Counted from the first letter of the whole stretch, positions 11,329 to 25,447 are shown. The stretch is DNA of 61,747 bases, filler included, from Choristocarpus tenellus KU-1152 (GCA_964200185.2; 11 parts of 11 records of this genome joined end to end with filler, not necessarily neighbours in it); one strand, 5' to 3'. Notes: a model not told the origin generated them from the sequence alone. Numbers and translations: made by a program.

Positions 11329-14327
11329 GTGGCTACGGAAGCCCCTCTGTCGAAGGACATGCTGGATATCATGGTGCGGTCCCTACCTCCGGGCTTCAAG
11401 TTTCACAGAAGTCGAAGGCTGAGGTTGAGCAAAGCGTACGCGCTGGTGATTGCCGTGTGTCAAGAGGGGGACTCGCGCTTGATCGAGTCGACCAGTCAAT
11501 CAATGCGGAACAAGAAATCAAAGAAGGGTTATGACTACAGCAGAGAATGTGTATTCTTGCCCAAGATCGATGATGAGGGCTGACTGACACGTGTGGGGAA
11601 GTTCAGCATACGACGTGATGAAACACTCTCTGTGAGAGTTGCGACGGAATTCAACTGGGGGTGACGGCAGTGTGACCTCTGGCATCGAATCCTCTGGCAC
11701 CGAAACCAAACGTGGTGTTGCCCGCGAGGGTGTTGGACGTCTGAGGGGGAGCCTTGGATGGAGAGTTATTCGAGAACTGTATAGAGCAAGTCGTGGGGAT
11801 AGATCGTCCCAGCCCTTAGAACTGCCAGGAAACTTTCAACATGCAGGTCTTGGTAGCAGAATGACGAGCGAAGTATCTTGCGGAATGTCTTAGATGCCAT
11901 TATGAAGGAGCTGTGGCACCTTTGCTCGTGTGGATACAAGGGGTCCCAGGCATACACTAAGCTGGCCCGTGCCCGCAGGCAGCAGGAGCTGGCCGAAGAG
12001 AGGGCAGAGGAGGAGGAGTACCGTCGCCAATCAATAATCTTACAGGATCAGATGATCGGCGATGCTATCTATGACCAGAGGAACGACGGCAGTGTATTTT
12101 CTGACGGGATGACCCACTTCCAGACTGTTACGCTTCTCATCAAGGCACAGACATTGCGAATCTATTTCATGATACTCTTGGGGGGACATTCGTGTGAAGC
12201 TGCTAAGGAGCAAGCAGCGGGGTATGCTCTCATGAATGTGCATACGATTTGCAGGTGGGGTCAGAATTCCACATAAAGGGAAAGCTGGAGAAGTCAAGCC
12301 AGGGGAGGTTTGAGCGACGGTGGATCCTTCATGTGGAGGACATCAAAATACGCTGTGAAACCTGGCTCAGGAGTAATGCGGTCAAAAGGAAAGTCAATGC
12401 CACCTCGGAGGACTTCTGCAACTTTATAAACGACAAGATCCTGCCGGATGTGGCACAGAGTACAACAGAGGGATCTGACCCTGGTCTGTGCATAAGACGC
12501 ATGGTGGGAGAGGGCAGGGCATGGGTGTACATCATCTGGAACTACACTTTACAGGAGTGGTTGAAGAAGCTAAGTTGCGCTTTTACTGGTGCGAAATCAT
12601 GCCACTGCTTTGATGGGCACTATGGGGCTGATGTGGTGAAATATCATGACAAAGCATATATCCCTGAGTATTTTCGACTGCTGGAGTACTCAGAGGAGTG
12701 GATCAACGTCAGCCAGGCAGAGGTGGACAGCTAGATCATTACCCCCAAAGGGTGTTCCCAACTGGAAGTGGACGAGAATGGCAACCCGTGGCTCAACATC
12801 AACTAGCACTTTGAGGAGCTCCTGGAAGCCTTCTTGGCCGAACTCAGACAGATATTAACATCAAAGAAGGTGTTCGAGGATTGGAAGCGAGCACTGCTTC
12901 CCTATTAGACCTAATCCATATTCAGAGATGAGGTTCTCGAATTCTCCGGAATACTCTGAGTCCTCCGAATAATTATCATAGCAAGAAGGTTAGCTGAAGT
13001 ACTCCAAATAACCCGCCCAGTACTCCAGTACTAGGAGTACTCACGAGTATTCGATCGGGCATCGGGAGGAAGGAGGTCAAACTATGTCGTTGTGATTACT
13101 CTGATAGTGTGATACACGCAGTGATGTGCTTCTTTTGCTCCCTCCCTCTCTGATCAACAGCTCATGATGGCCAGAACTTTACGTGGCAGTATCACGGCCT
13201 TTCAACTCTGAAGAACAAGTCCGAAGGAACGGGAATAATGGTTTCAGGCACAGTTATAAGGGATGGGTTCCTATGTGCCTCAGAGAATGAAATTCACCAA
13301 TCGCAAGACCTTCGCCGTCAATGCTGCCAAGCCTCTGCTGGCGGGGTCCCGGAGGAGGAGGGGGGCTTAGATGATACGGTCGAGAAATGTCGAGACAAAG
13401 AAATGCTGTACAGGGACGAGAATGGGATGACGTGGTTGTACTATCTCATGGAGTATGGAAAGAACAGGGAGGGTTACTGGAATGCAGCCAAGATTCTAGA
13501 GCACATTGCTGATGTGATGGACGTGCAAGTGATCATATGTCAAGCTTACAGGCCAGTGTTTTTCTTTGATTGATCTTCCTGTCGTGATTGCCTTGAGGAG
13601 GGTGCGCCTGCAGTGGTGAGAATGAACATGGGAGTGAATTGGACGAGAAAGGGAAACCCCCTACCAAAACTCAACCCCCCCACAATTCTCAAGGCCACAC
13701 CCCAGATGCCAGTTGGTACGTGTCAGACACTGACTTTTGGTCCAGGGGAGGGCCCACCAATATTTCATCCAGACATGCCAATAGGGGAGTGGTTAGATCA
13801 GGTCAAGGGGCGGCTGAGGCATGTGATGCAGGAAAGAGGAATCTTTCTACTGTGGATGGACTAAGGACAGTCACAAGGGAGAGGATAGGAATTTGGCCAT
13901 GATTATTACCTATGTCCTTTCTCAGCAGGAAAGCTTCAAAATCTTGAAACCCAGCCTGCAGATACTGATCGAGCGCCTTGGTGGGTACATCTTGATGCTT
14001 CCCAAGTATCACTGTGAGTTGAATCACATTGAGCTGGTGTGGAGACGTGCGAAGGCATATATACGACAGGTGTGCAATTACACTCTGCCAGGGATGAAGA
14101 AAAATATCCTGATAAGAGTTAGCCATGAGGGGGCATGGGTATCCCATGACATTGTACAAAAGTTTTTCAGGAAGTCCTACACCTTCCACCTCCTGTACTC
14201 TAGGCAACAGGGCATCCAGTGCGACGGGCTGGCAAGGATGTACCGAAATTTCAAGTCCCACCGTAGGCCCCCTCAGAGGGAGTACCTTTGGGACATATCA
14301 AGCACAATGGCAGGTTCCAGTACATAA
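11329..14327 (+). mobile_element. Degenerate DDE transposase related to the IS630/Tc1/mariner superfamily (pseudogene)
   Basis: Ordered motifs across broken frames: DGHYGADVVKY (DGHERxDVVxYR-like), AHDGQNFTW..KSEGTGIMVSG, GKNREGYWN, FFFD*SS, VMQERG and LPKYHCELNHIELVW (IS630/Tc1 P-x-LN-x-IE-x-x-W catalytic Glu motif). Many stops and frameshifts. Confidence 0.82.
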
Positions 14328-14616
14328 TGTGCAATATAGACTAGTAGTCTATATGGTTTATAGTATAAAAGTGAATGAAGTAATGTAACTTGAACTTATA
14401 AGTGACTGGTGTAGTGTAACTGTCACAAACATGTTTAAACATATTTCTGACGTGTTTGATGACGAATGAATTAGATAACAAGGGAGAGCACCACGCCCCA
14501 CCTTGAGGATAGTGCTCACTCCGCTAATGAACATATCCATACCACACAAAGCAAAATACTCTACTTGATTAGCTCTCTTTTGCATACATAAGCATGGCAG
14601 TTGTCTGCGTTTGTAT

Positions 14617-14675
14617 AGCGAAGAGTATCTTAGAGGGTACGAGTTTTGCCCTGTTTGTCCGTTTGGGGCTTGGCT
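14617..14675. mobile_element. MITE family A terminus, truncated by contig end
   Basis: AGTATCTTAGAGGGTACGAGTTTTGCCCTGTTTGTCC. Confidence 0.88.
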
Positions 14676-14779
14676 NNNNNNNNNNNNNNNNNNNNNNNNN
14701 NNNNNNNNNNNNNNNNNNNTTAATTAATTAANNNNNNNNNNNNNNNNNNNNNNNNNNNNNNNNNNNNNNNNNNNNCCCC

Positions 14780-16187
14780 AACTCTAATGCTCCACCAGTG
14801 CGAACCCCCTTCATCTCTGATTTCCAGTCCCCTCCCCATCTGATGACCACCAGGGCGAACCCCCTTCACCCCTGAATTCCTAGTTACCCCCCACCTCGAA
14901 TGACCAACCAGTGCGAACTCCCTTCGCCACTATTTCCAGTCACCCCCCATATCTGATGACCAACCAGTGCGAACTCCCTTCGCCACTGATTTCCAGTTAC
15001 CCCCCCCACCCTTCAACCCCACACAAGTTACCACTCCTCTCAACCCCACAGCAGTTACCACTCCACTCACCCCACACCACTCAACACCACTCCACGATCA
15101 TCCAAGAACACCCCTTCATGATCCACTTCATACCATGCCTTTGAACTAGAAGACATCTACCCGGCCCGAACTTGACCTCCCCCCCCTTTCGCAGTGTTCC
15201 CGTTGGTCGTGAGCAAGCGACAGGGTGGGTGGGCGGGAAAGCTTGCTCGGAGGTTGTCTTGTTCTCGCCCTCTCATCCTGAACCCCTGGTCCTCAGCCCT
15301 CTTTTTAATTGCTGACCATTCCTTCCCCTTCCCTCTTCCTACGACTCATTTCTTTTAACTTTTCTCCCCCCTCTCTTAACCAGTCAATCCTTAACTATTC
15401 GTTCCCTTCTTGCTTACTTCTTTTTTTCTCTACCCTCCCTTGTCCTGTGCCCCCAGCCAACCAGAATTCTTCCGGTCACAAAATTCAGAATACTTTATAA
15501 ACTTTCTCTTTGTTTTGCTCACGAATTCTGGATTATTATTATTATTTGCTCATTCCTAGTTTGCCATTCCTCTATTCTCTATTCCCCATTTGATGACCAA
15601 CCAGTGCAAATGCCCTTCGTCACTGATTGCCAGCCATCCCCCACATTCGATGACCAACCAGTGCAAATGCCCTTCGTCACTGATTGCCAGCCATCCTTTC
15701 AACCCACACAAGTTAGCACTCCCCTCAACCCCACAGCAGTTCTCACACCACTCAACACCACTCCACATTCATCCATCAACACCACTCCACAATCATCCAA
15801 GAACACCCCTTCATGATCCACTTCAAACCGTGCCTTTGAGCTAGAAGACATCTACCCCGCTGGAACTTGACCTCCCCTCCCCCCCTCCTTTCCCAGTGTT
15901 CCCGTCATTCGTGAGCGACAGGGTGGGTGGGTGGGAGAAGCTTGCTTGGAGGTTGCCTTGGTCTCCCCTCCTCGTCTTGTACCCCTGGTTTTCTTTCCTT
16001 TTATCACTGACTGGCTGCTGTTCTCCCCCTCATCTCCCACTCATTTCCTCTTAACCTTTTCTTCACTTCCTTAACTATTCATTCTCTTCCTGCTTCCTTC
16101 TTTTTCTTTCCCCTTCCCACGCTTGTCCTGTGCCCCCAGCCAACCAGAATTCTTCCGCCCACAAAACTCAGATTACTTCATAAACTC
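14780..16187. repeat. Higher-order tandem repeat: ~57-bp units within a ~0.6-0.7 kb duplicated block
   Basis: The unit TGATGACCAACCAGTGC.AA..CCCTTCG.CACTGATT.CCAG occurs about 4 times at 14780-15010 and twice at 15591-15695. Downstream sequences 15010-15505 and 15696-16187 align with each other, both ending TTGTCCTGTGCCCCCAGCCAACCAGAATTCTTCCG. Confidence 0.85.
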
Positions 16188-18361
16188 TTGCTTTGGCAAG
16201 GTCCCCTCAAGCCACCTGATCTTACTTCAAGCATGTTACCTTCAACATGCAAGAACAAATGTCATATGAATATCAGATTCTTCAAGATAGGTTACCTTCA
16301 GAGTATTCCTTCTTTGGAAGATGGCTCTCACACAATTAGTAGAAATATGTCTTGTTCTGATTTTGTGCACAAAACACTATACACTTGTAAGTAGAGGTTA
16401 TTGAAGTTGGATAAGCAGCATAAACCATAGTAAAAAAAGGAAGTGTGACGAGAACTGGGTGTAAGAGCATCAACTTGACTGTACGCAAATAGAGAGTACT
16501 ACTGTTTTCGTGGTGCGAATGGTGACGATGACTGCTTGATAGAGAAGTTGATACATAAAGTGAATAACGAAACAGGGTGTAAATAATGTTCTTTTGATGT
16601 TAGACTATGTCTGTGTTGTCCCCGAAGGGACGGACCTCACTTGGCTGAAGTGTAATGCCAAGGAAATCCAGCTAGAGTGCCGCAAGCGACACTGTACCCA
16701 GCTATTTCAAAAACAGGTGTGAAATTTGATCTCCATTGGAGATCATCTAGTTTTCACACTAGATAGAACAGATACTACACATGATCTTAGCCAAAAGGCC
16801 GAGAAGGTATGCTGAAGTTGCGTACAAGAAATCGTTTTATATATTTCAAAACAATTGTCCCACACATATTTACAGCAAAAAAGATCCCATCGATCCTCTT
16901 TTTTTGATAATTACAACTGAACATCTTTCTGGTCGTCACTGGTTAAGACGGCACCTACCCACAATAATTTAAACACCTTCGATGCTGGTCTTTTTTCACG
17001 GAGACCTCGTTTCGATTATGTTACCCATGAAGCAAGCTCAACGGGTGGGTATTGTACACCTCTCCTGTCGATCCAAAGTATCTGGGAGGGGGGGATCTAC
17101 ATCAGGGTGTCCATTTGGACCAAAATCAGGAAAAATAATAGTAATAATAATATACTAAAATTATAATGAACCATTATTAAACGTGTTGGAAGTACGTTTT
17201 TCACTGCCTGCCTGTCCCACGCCTGTGCCCCATCTTTTGGAGTTTACTCTTGCTACCTGTGCTTATGCTGTGCTGCCTACTCCATTTATTATGGAACTGC
17301 TGTGTCCATCTGCCTTTAGGAGGCATCAAATGTTAAATGTCCTTTGAAGCGAATGTGACCATGGGCTACAAGATGAAGCAATGTGTGACGGAGCTGTTTC
17401 CAGTGAAATATTTTTAGGGCATAAATGCACACACTGCATACCTGGATTAACAACTCAGTCGCCGTAAAACTATACCGTGTCGTGTGCAGTTTCAATTGTG
17501 ACTTCAATGCCTATCACACACCATCCCAAGCAAACCAAAATCACAAAGATAGAGACCCCCCTCCGCTGCAAAGAAGCTTGATTTCTAACTACTCTCTCCC
17601 CTTCCCTTCCCTTCCCTCCCTTCCCTTCCATTCTCTATGGTGCCGATGCAAGCTCCCACCAGTGCAGCATACTAACTCTAAAAATGCATTGTTCTACTGG
17701 ATACAATGTTGCAACCCTGCACAGGAGTAATGATGCACAGCAATATCAAGCAGCCTGATACTTGTCACAGAAGAGTCAAAACCTTCAAGGCATCATATGA
17801 TGAGACGGCCATTGCCGTCTTTGTTACCGCCCTTCAATTCTACACCGGTACGCTGATCTATGTGCCCCCACTTGCTCCAGTCCCTCTCTACCGCAATCTA
17901 TTCAATTTATATCGTTTGTTGAAGAGTTGAAGTTTGGAGGTAGAGTGACTGGCTAGCAGGGGCAGCTTTGTACACATTGAGAAACGCGATGTGCCCATGA
18001 AACAGCAATATCTACACACGCCAGACTTTTTGTGCATTGAAGTAGACAGCAGTTCAACCCTAACCCATCAACTCTATCGTTTCTCTTACACTCTAGGCAC
18101 CCTGCTGTGCTTTCCCCTCCCCCGCTACAGACCTCACCCCACCTCTTTCATCTACTCATACTGTCTCTTTACCTACCCAATCTCGGTCGCACACCAGTCC
18201 TATCCCCTTCCCAATCTCCTCCCTGAAACATATTTTCTTCCCTGTCCCAGCCTGGACTCCGGTAGGTTGATCACCTCCACACTCCATCCTTAGCCTTCCC
18301 CATGCACCATTCCTCCTCCAAGTCCATACATCTAGGACCGTGCCAACTGGTGTACGTGTGC

Positions 18362-19088
18362 CTAGATATCAGCCTGGTCCATGGCCTGGGCCTTTGCCAA
18401 TGCCCTTCTTAGGTCTGTCGCCAGAGTCTGTGCCCGATGCTCAGCTTGAGCTTTGGGAGCACCCCTGCTTGAAGCCTCCACAAGTTCCTGGACCTGAGTG
18501 CGAGCAATACCATAAAATTTCCTAGTTTCCATTGTTGTGCTCACAGCTACTAATGCCTCACGAAAGTACTCAGCCAGAGTCTGAGCATGGTGCGCAGCCT
18601 GATCTAGGGTATCAACCAGGGTTAGTACCTGTGCATGAGCTTGTGCATGAGCCTGACCCTCAACCAGGAGCTCGGCCAATGCATTCGCAACAACCTCAGC
18701 CAGAGTGTCTTCCTGGCCCTGAGTCAGAGCTTGAGGCCGATCTGGGACCACAGGAATTGAATCTTCTGTCTGTGCCTGGATCTGAGGACACTTTCGGGCC
18801 TGATCCCATGCTTCTATCAAACCCTTCTCAACTGCCTGAACTCCAGCCTGTTCCCAGTCTTGCGCTCGACCCCAAGGCATAACTTGGCCTAGAGTCAGCA
18901 ACAGTACCTGTACCTGAGCGTCAGGTAGGGCATGATCCTGACCCTCAATCTGGGCCGCTATAGATGCCTCCATGACTTCCAGTGCCTTACTGACGTCCTC
19001 GGCTAGAGCTTTTGTCTCCAGTGAACCCTGGCCTAAGGCCTGCACCAGTGCCTGCACCTGAGCACGAGCTCGTGCATAAGCCTTGCTC
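18362..19088 (-). CDS. Ala/Gln-rich low-complexity ORF, unknown function, 5' truncated by contig end
   Basis: At least 231 open codons with recurrent AQ/QA/LA patterns; no recognisable domain. Confidence 0.35.
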
Positions 19089-22000
19089 NNNNNNNNNNNN
19101 NNNNNNNNNNNNNNNNNNNNNNNNNNNNNNNNTTAATTAATTAANNNNNNNNNNNNNNNNNNNNNNNNNNNNNNNNNNNNNNNNNNNNCCCCCCAGCTAC
19201 TTTGACCCCTCTATAAAGTCGAATTTAAGCGCTTCATCCATAGAAATATGGATGAATTGCAAAAGATTGGAAAACTGGCTTATAATGCAAAACGGGCAAT
19301 AACTGAGTACCTCTTAGTCTACTTTGGCTCAATGAAGGCATCACCGGTCAGGGTCCTGCCAGATACTAATAAAACAAATCGCGTTCCAGACCAACTATCC
19401 TCTCCACAACCTTCAAAAGGCTGTTGGACTACGGGTGGTAAAAGTGAAAGTTGGGGGAAAGGCGGAAGGTGGGGGAGTCTGACGATAGCTGCAAATATCC
19501 ACCGCTCTGTGTCTATCGATAGCCCTTGATATCTTACCCAAACTGTGAGATTTTTGTTGTAATAATAAAATTTCGTGGATCCTTAACATTTATATTGGTT
19601 TTAGGAAGGATAGCCCGCTATTGACAAGCCTGCAAAATGCTCAGCTCGCTAGGGTGCTTGGTTTATCAATGGGATGTAGGTGGTTCTGCACCCAAGATGT
19701 ATTAGCTGCTTCTGATATCCTTGGCAGTGTGCTTGTGGGATGTCAAATCAGGAAGGTGTTTCACGGAGGATAATGGCCAGAAGAGGGAGAGGAAGCAGGG
19801 TGTCAGTTCAAGTGCCTCTCATCCATGTATCTTCAAAGTTGACATTTGGACAATTTTTCGACCAAGTCGTGAACATGGTGTAATTTTTCACCGAGTAGAA
19901 CAGAATAATACATGTGTCTCAACAGTTTGTGTTCCACTGAAGCAAACTGTCCAACTAAGGGGAAAATATAAACTCACCTTATATTTTATTGGAATTTGTG
20001 TGTAGGTGTGTGGGGTTTTATCCTTCGGCTTCTGAGAACTTGAGCAATCGTTTCAAAATGTCGATATACTACAGTTATACCAAGTCAAATTACCTTTTTT
20101 TCTTTTGGAGTCCTGGCAATTGGAGATTAATATTCAACTCCCCAAAAACGAACAAATCTTTTTATGTTTTGCTCACTGGTAAATTAAACATGTTTAGAAC
20201 AATGACAAAGATTGCAGAGTGCAAAACGATGCGTAACACACACATGCTCATGAGCAACAACATGGCCACATTTCGGAGTTCAATCGTGGAGGATGATGCC
20301 ACAGAAAGAGCCCTGTCAAACGCACACAATTATTGATGCTTCAAGAGGAAGGCAGGGTAAGAAGCTGTTACTCACTCCTCAAACGCAAAATACGTCATGA
20401 GAACAATGGCAGGGGTCGAAACACACAACCCAAAAATAGGTGCAGGCACACACACAACATTTATATAGTGTTTGTCAGAATAAGCCCTAATTGGTGCATT
20501 TCTCTCGGAGAATGTCATAAGTGCCCTCTAAATCCTGGTTACCAGAAACCTCGAGGCTGTATATCAAACTTGGGGCCTGATTTCGAAAACATCTGCATCA
20601 TTATGCCAGTAGGCGTGAGTGGAATGATATGTTTTCGCTTTACTACGTTGCTATGCTAGTGCAGACGATTATGGCCATCCTATAGGTATGATTGGTTCAC
20701 AACGGACCCATAAATATAATAACTGAGGAAGCACAGGGACTAGCATACTCCCATGCTGAGAAAATGAGTTGCTCTACTACATCAAGCAAGATTACACTCT
20801 TTATCTCTACTACTCCTCCATGAGGTGGGCGATATTCCAACATGTTATTCATGTACCAAGGACTCAGTAACGCCATACATCTGTTATGTCTCGCTGTTGC
20901 CAGTGTCACGACCCTCATGCCCTGATTCGCCTCTGCACATGAATGTGTCCATAGAAATTTCGGATGGTGAAGATTCCATTTAAATGGCCTTCTTCCCTGC
21001 CATCATCAGCGGCACAAAATTCCTCCTTTCTCCTCGAAGGCAGGGGTGGTGACAGGTTCCTTTATTAGAGTACTTTTAACAGTATTGCTGTGAGGACTAG
21101 ACACCTACAAGGATATACTTTGCGCTCTAACTGGCAACTGTGATGGAACCCTTGACTTCTTGGAGGAGGAGGCTCTACCAGCGGAGTTCATGGCTTCTTC
21201 CTCTTTGAGTTGGCTTTGTCGCTCTTCCTGTTTTCTACTGCCCTTGTTGTTTCTGGAACAGAACGCCCTAGATGCGGTCTTCTATCTCATTGGATAAGCA
21301 ATTAGTCACACCTACCGTTTCCGTGGTGGCATCCTTAGGCCCCTGTTGTGGCGTCGTTTCTCGGATCAGCACCATCCTCCACATCCGCAACATCCTCTTT
21401 CACCAAGCATTGTAAATGAAGAGCGCTCTCAACCTGTCCTTTTAGCTTCTTCACGTACTTCAGATGAAGCCTTCTGCCTCCAGTGACGGGCTGTACATTG
21501 TAGCCTCGTGCACTTACGGTCAAACCGTTCATCCTTGCATCCAGTGATCGTTCCATATTTCTAATGAAGGAGTCTCTCTGATAGGTGACATCGATAAAAC
21601 CACCTGATCCCATAGAGATGACTGCTACATTCACTTGACATGATTTCGAAGTAGAGCAGACGCTGTAGACGGGTTAGATCGAGAATGGTTCGACAAAGTT
21701 AGACAAAGAAAAAACAGTGCTGTTTTTCATATATCTGGGTCGATCTTAGACTTTGAAGGATGAGCTGGGTATCTATATTGTGGAATATCAGTGGTGACTG
21801 AGGTTGGAAGATGAGACACTACGTGTGTACATTTCTAATAGTCGGATGCGTCAATAGCAAAGGCGAAGTTCTGCATCAAAGAGAGATAGAGTTCAAGATA
21901 TTAGCTGCGTCAATTATGGAAGTGCTGTATGTATAACGGAAATTGTAGTTTGGTTGTAATTTCTGCCAGAAGTGAAGATCCATTATTTCAATAGTAACGG

Positions 22001-22316
22001 CATTGTGATCAATCCAGGGAGACGACACAAGAAATTCAATTACCCCCACAAGTAATTTTATTCACATTTTTTCTATATGGAGTGATAGTTATTATCTATA
22101 TACTGTTTGAGCACATATCGCCAAATCGTTAGATTACTAACCTGCGTGCAACTCACAAGGAATCGCTTTCAATGCCTTAGGAAATTTCGGATGAGGCTGG
22201 AGCTCATTCACTCTTGTATCCACCCACTGGGAATCACTTTTCTTTCGCCCCTGATCAACCAAAGTTTCACAGTGTTGGCAGTGGATTTGGTAAGTTAAAA
22301 AGAGGTGGGCAAGAGA

Positions 22317-22574
22317 GAACCAAAGCATCTGAGAGGGTAGGGCCGCGTCCGTTCGGGGTCGTAAATCCAATGTTGCGATTTTGATAAATTTTGTCTACCG
22401 TGTTTGCTAACAAGTGTCAATATCCTTGCTCTGGACACACCTTTCATAGTCGTATATATTTTAGGTTACTGATTTCACGCAGAAAACCGAAAAAGGGCAT
22501 GAAAAATACGTGGGAAGCCAAGCCTCGAATGGACAAACAGGGCACAACTCTTACCCTCTTAAATGCTCTGGGTC
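22317..22574. mobile_element. MITE family A, diverged subfamily copy
   Basis: CAAAGCATCTGAGAGGGTAGGGCCGCGTCC ... TACCCTCTTAAATGCTCTGGGTC; collinear with family A. Confidence 0.85.
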
Positions 22575-23611
22575 AGAGACTCATCTCATCCATCCCCTCC
22601 AGCACTGATCCTTCTCGGCCAGTTTCCCTCCCAATAGCACCTCATATCCCTCCACCAATCCCTCGAGAAACATGCCACATATCCCGTCCACACCAGCAGG
22701 ACATGATGCAGATATTGAACTTTGCCTTTAATCCACTCCCTGCCCACCTCCACCCACCACCCCGCGATGATACCACTTGAGTGCATGGGAAGGGTTTTAC
22801 TCTCCTCAGAACTGTTTGTACAGCGTATTGGAAGGCGACTATCGATGAAATATAATCCATCTCCAGGGTATGGTCTGGATCGTCCTCGTGGCTTAAAAGT
22901 TTAGAATGTACATGGCATCGAAACCCTTAGACGCCATCATTTTCCTTATCAGAAATCTGATTAGCTTTTCCGATCCCACATGGCAAGCACAACGAACTGT
23001 ACACCTCTACTATCCTGTCTGTTCCTCTACCACGAGAAGCCCCAGACCAAGATCGAGGTGGAAACTACCTCAAGGCGAGTACAGGAGAAGATTCGAGGTA
23101 CACAGGGTTACGATCAGAATGCTGAACCCAACAACACCCAAGAAGCAAGGATCTGAGCCAGTACAATTAGTCTTAGTGCAACAACTAGTTAGTGGTTAGT
23201 ATGAGAAGTAGTGCAGTGTATATTGTATTAACCACATGTCAGGATGGTCTCCAGACTAAAGTGGTGAATAATGGTATAATAATTAATATATAATATGAAC
23301 CACCGCACGTATATCCTTCTCTTCCTTACATCCTTGCGTGCTTTCACTGCGTTGTTCCTTCCTAGGTGTTGGTTCAACCTAGCCCTAACTTCCTCTCCAC
23401 CAAGACCGTGCATCCACAACTTCTGCTAATTCTTTTACCACTGCTGAGAAGGACTCACAACTCCTTGCACTATTCTGCTTTTCCTCTCTCCTTAGCACGG
23501 CGCAAGGCCCCACTTTAACCCCACATAATGCTCAGATCATACTCTGCAGCTGCCACAACATCCCAACGGTACAAATCCAGGTTAATCTCCACCTGTCTGG
23601 AACATTTCATA

Positions 23612-23864
23612 ATGTTAGCATTTAAGAGGATAGGACCGCGTCCGTTCGGGGTCATAAATCCAATGTTGCAATTTTATTAATTCTGGCAATCGCGTTTTTA
23701 GCTAGTATCACTATCCTTGCTCTGGACACACCTTTCATTGTCATGTATATTTTAGGTATCTGTGTTCATACAGAAAACCTAAAAAGGGTATAAAAACCCA
23801 TGGGAAGCCAGGCCCTACGGGACAAACAAGGCAAAACTTGTACCCTCTTAAATACTCTTGGGTC
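23612..23864. mobile_element. MITE family A, diverged subfamily copy
   Basis: GCATTTAAGAGGGATAGGACCGCGTCCGTTCGGGG ... TACCCTCTTAAATACTCTTGGGTC; shares diagnostic changes with the 22317 copy. Confidence 0.82.
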
Positions 23865-25188
23865 CTACACCTACTTCCCCAGTCCTGCCCTAGACGCCAG
23901 TGGTACATCTGATACCTGTTTATGTATCGTGACATATCACTTTGCCCGAAAAGCGTTGTGGGTGGTACCTTGCATTTCATCAATAAGTAACCATTGTGGT
24001 GTAGAACTACGCAGAAAAAACACGGATCTTTGAAGACTGAGAAGTCAGTGGGCCGACCCAGTAGTTAATATGGTGATTCGTGTAGCATTGTTCAGTCTTT
24101 TTTGAAATATTTGATTACTTTTTATTGTAACTCGCTTGTATTAATGTTTTTGTAGACTTTATTTTGGTCTTCTTTTCCCTCCACTAACACACACACACAT
24201 ATATGCAAAATACCAGCGGGCAAAATCCTACTTCGAAGTATAAATATTGATGATATGAGGTGTCACATCGATGGTCTATCGTACCTCACTCTTTCAGATA
24301 ACGATCCCTGATACTCCGGAGTATATATTATCATGCCCTCTGAAATGTTCCAGATGTATCAGGGGAAAAGCCAATGAAAAGTCAATTCAATACGATCTCC
24401 ATCCTGATCATCACATACTGCTCAAGTGGTGTGGCTTTGGTTTGATGAAGGAGCTCAATGCTCATGGTACATGTGTAATTTCCTGTCCTGTTTGGGGTTT
24501 ATATGTACATATTTCATTTTTTGAGTATCTGTACTGTTTAGCGTAAGGTGGAAGTTGAACGAACTCTTTCTTGACTCAAACTTGTGAAATTTGACATTTC
24601 ATGGTATATATTATGCTCTTTCCAAAATCAACGATTGACTAAACGATGGATGACGATCCTTGAAAACATTTACGTGCAACCAACCACACTGTAACGTTTG
24701 ACATGGAATGCCTCACAAGAGCCAAAAGTAGCACACGGAAAAAACGTGGTGGCGCTTGCCAACTGCTTACTGTAGTAATCAAAGTCTCCAAGCTTTCATC
24801 ATATCAGACCAACAACATGGATTCACCTGGAAAAAGAACATGCGTTTTGCCTAACACCCAATCGGCCCTTCGAAAAAAATGCCTGCTACCAAAAAATAAC
24901 CAATCTGGCTTTTTGAACTGACTGACCTGACCCCTTCGAACTGGATACTTTAATTAATTGAAATCTAAAAAAACTTTTTTATTTCAGTGTTTCAGTGTCT
25001 ATCACTACAAAAAAAGGAGTAGTATATGTCCGTAAATATTGTGGGACACCTCCCCCTTCGAGAAGAAAAAAAAAAACATTTAATAATAATACTGTGAGTG
25101 TGAAATACTTATGTTTTTGGAATAAATTCTTGTGAAGGTTTAATATGCTTTAATTAAAAGTTAAAAGCCAAAATGGAAATATTGTTTG

Positions 25189-25447
25189 GAGTTAAATTAT
25201 CTTAGAGGGTACGAGTTTTGCCCTGTTTGTCCATTTGGGGCTTGGCTTCTCATGGGTTATTTTAAGACATTTTGATACTCCAAAATGTTTAGGAGTAGGT
25301 AAAGTGTATATGTTATGAAAATATATGTCCAGAACATGGATATTGACACTTCCTAACAAACACGATGCCCAAAATTACATCAAAATCGCAACATTGGATT
25401 TTCACCCACAAATGGACGCGGCTCTACCCTCTAAGATACTTTGGCTC
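25189..25447. mobile_element. MITE family A, full copy (259 bp)
   Basis: Both TIRs present: GAGTTAAATTATCTTAGAGGGTA and TACCCTCTAAGATACTTTGGCTC. Confidence 0.92.

Noticed and set aside
10518-14675. MITE A ends as the TIRs of the 11329-14327 transposase (autonomous element)
   Set aside because: Both termini point the same way (rightwards), so they belong to separate MITE copies and do not enclose the gene.
14820-15000. Hammerhead ribozyme motif (CTGATGA...CGAA) in the 57-bp repeats
   Set aside because: No stem II pairing between CTGATGA and CGAAC, no GAAA, and no convincing stems I/III.
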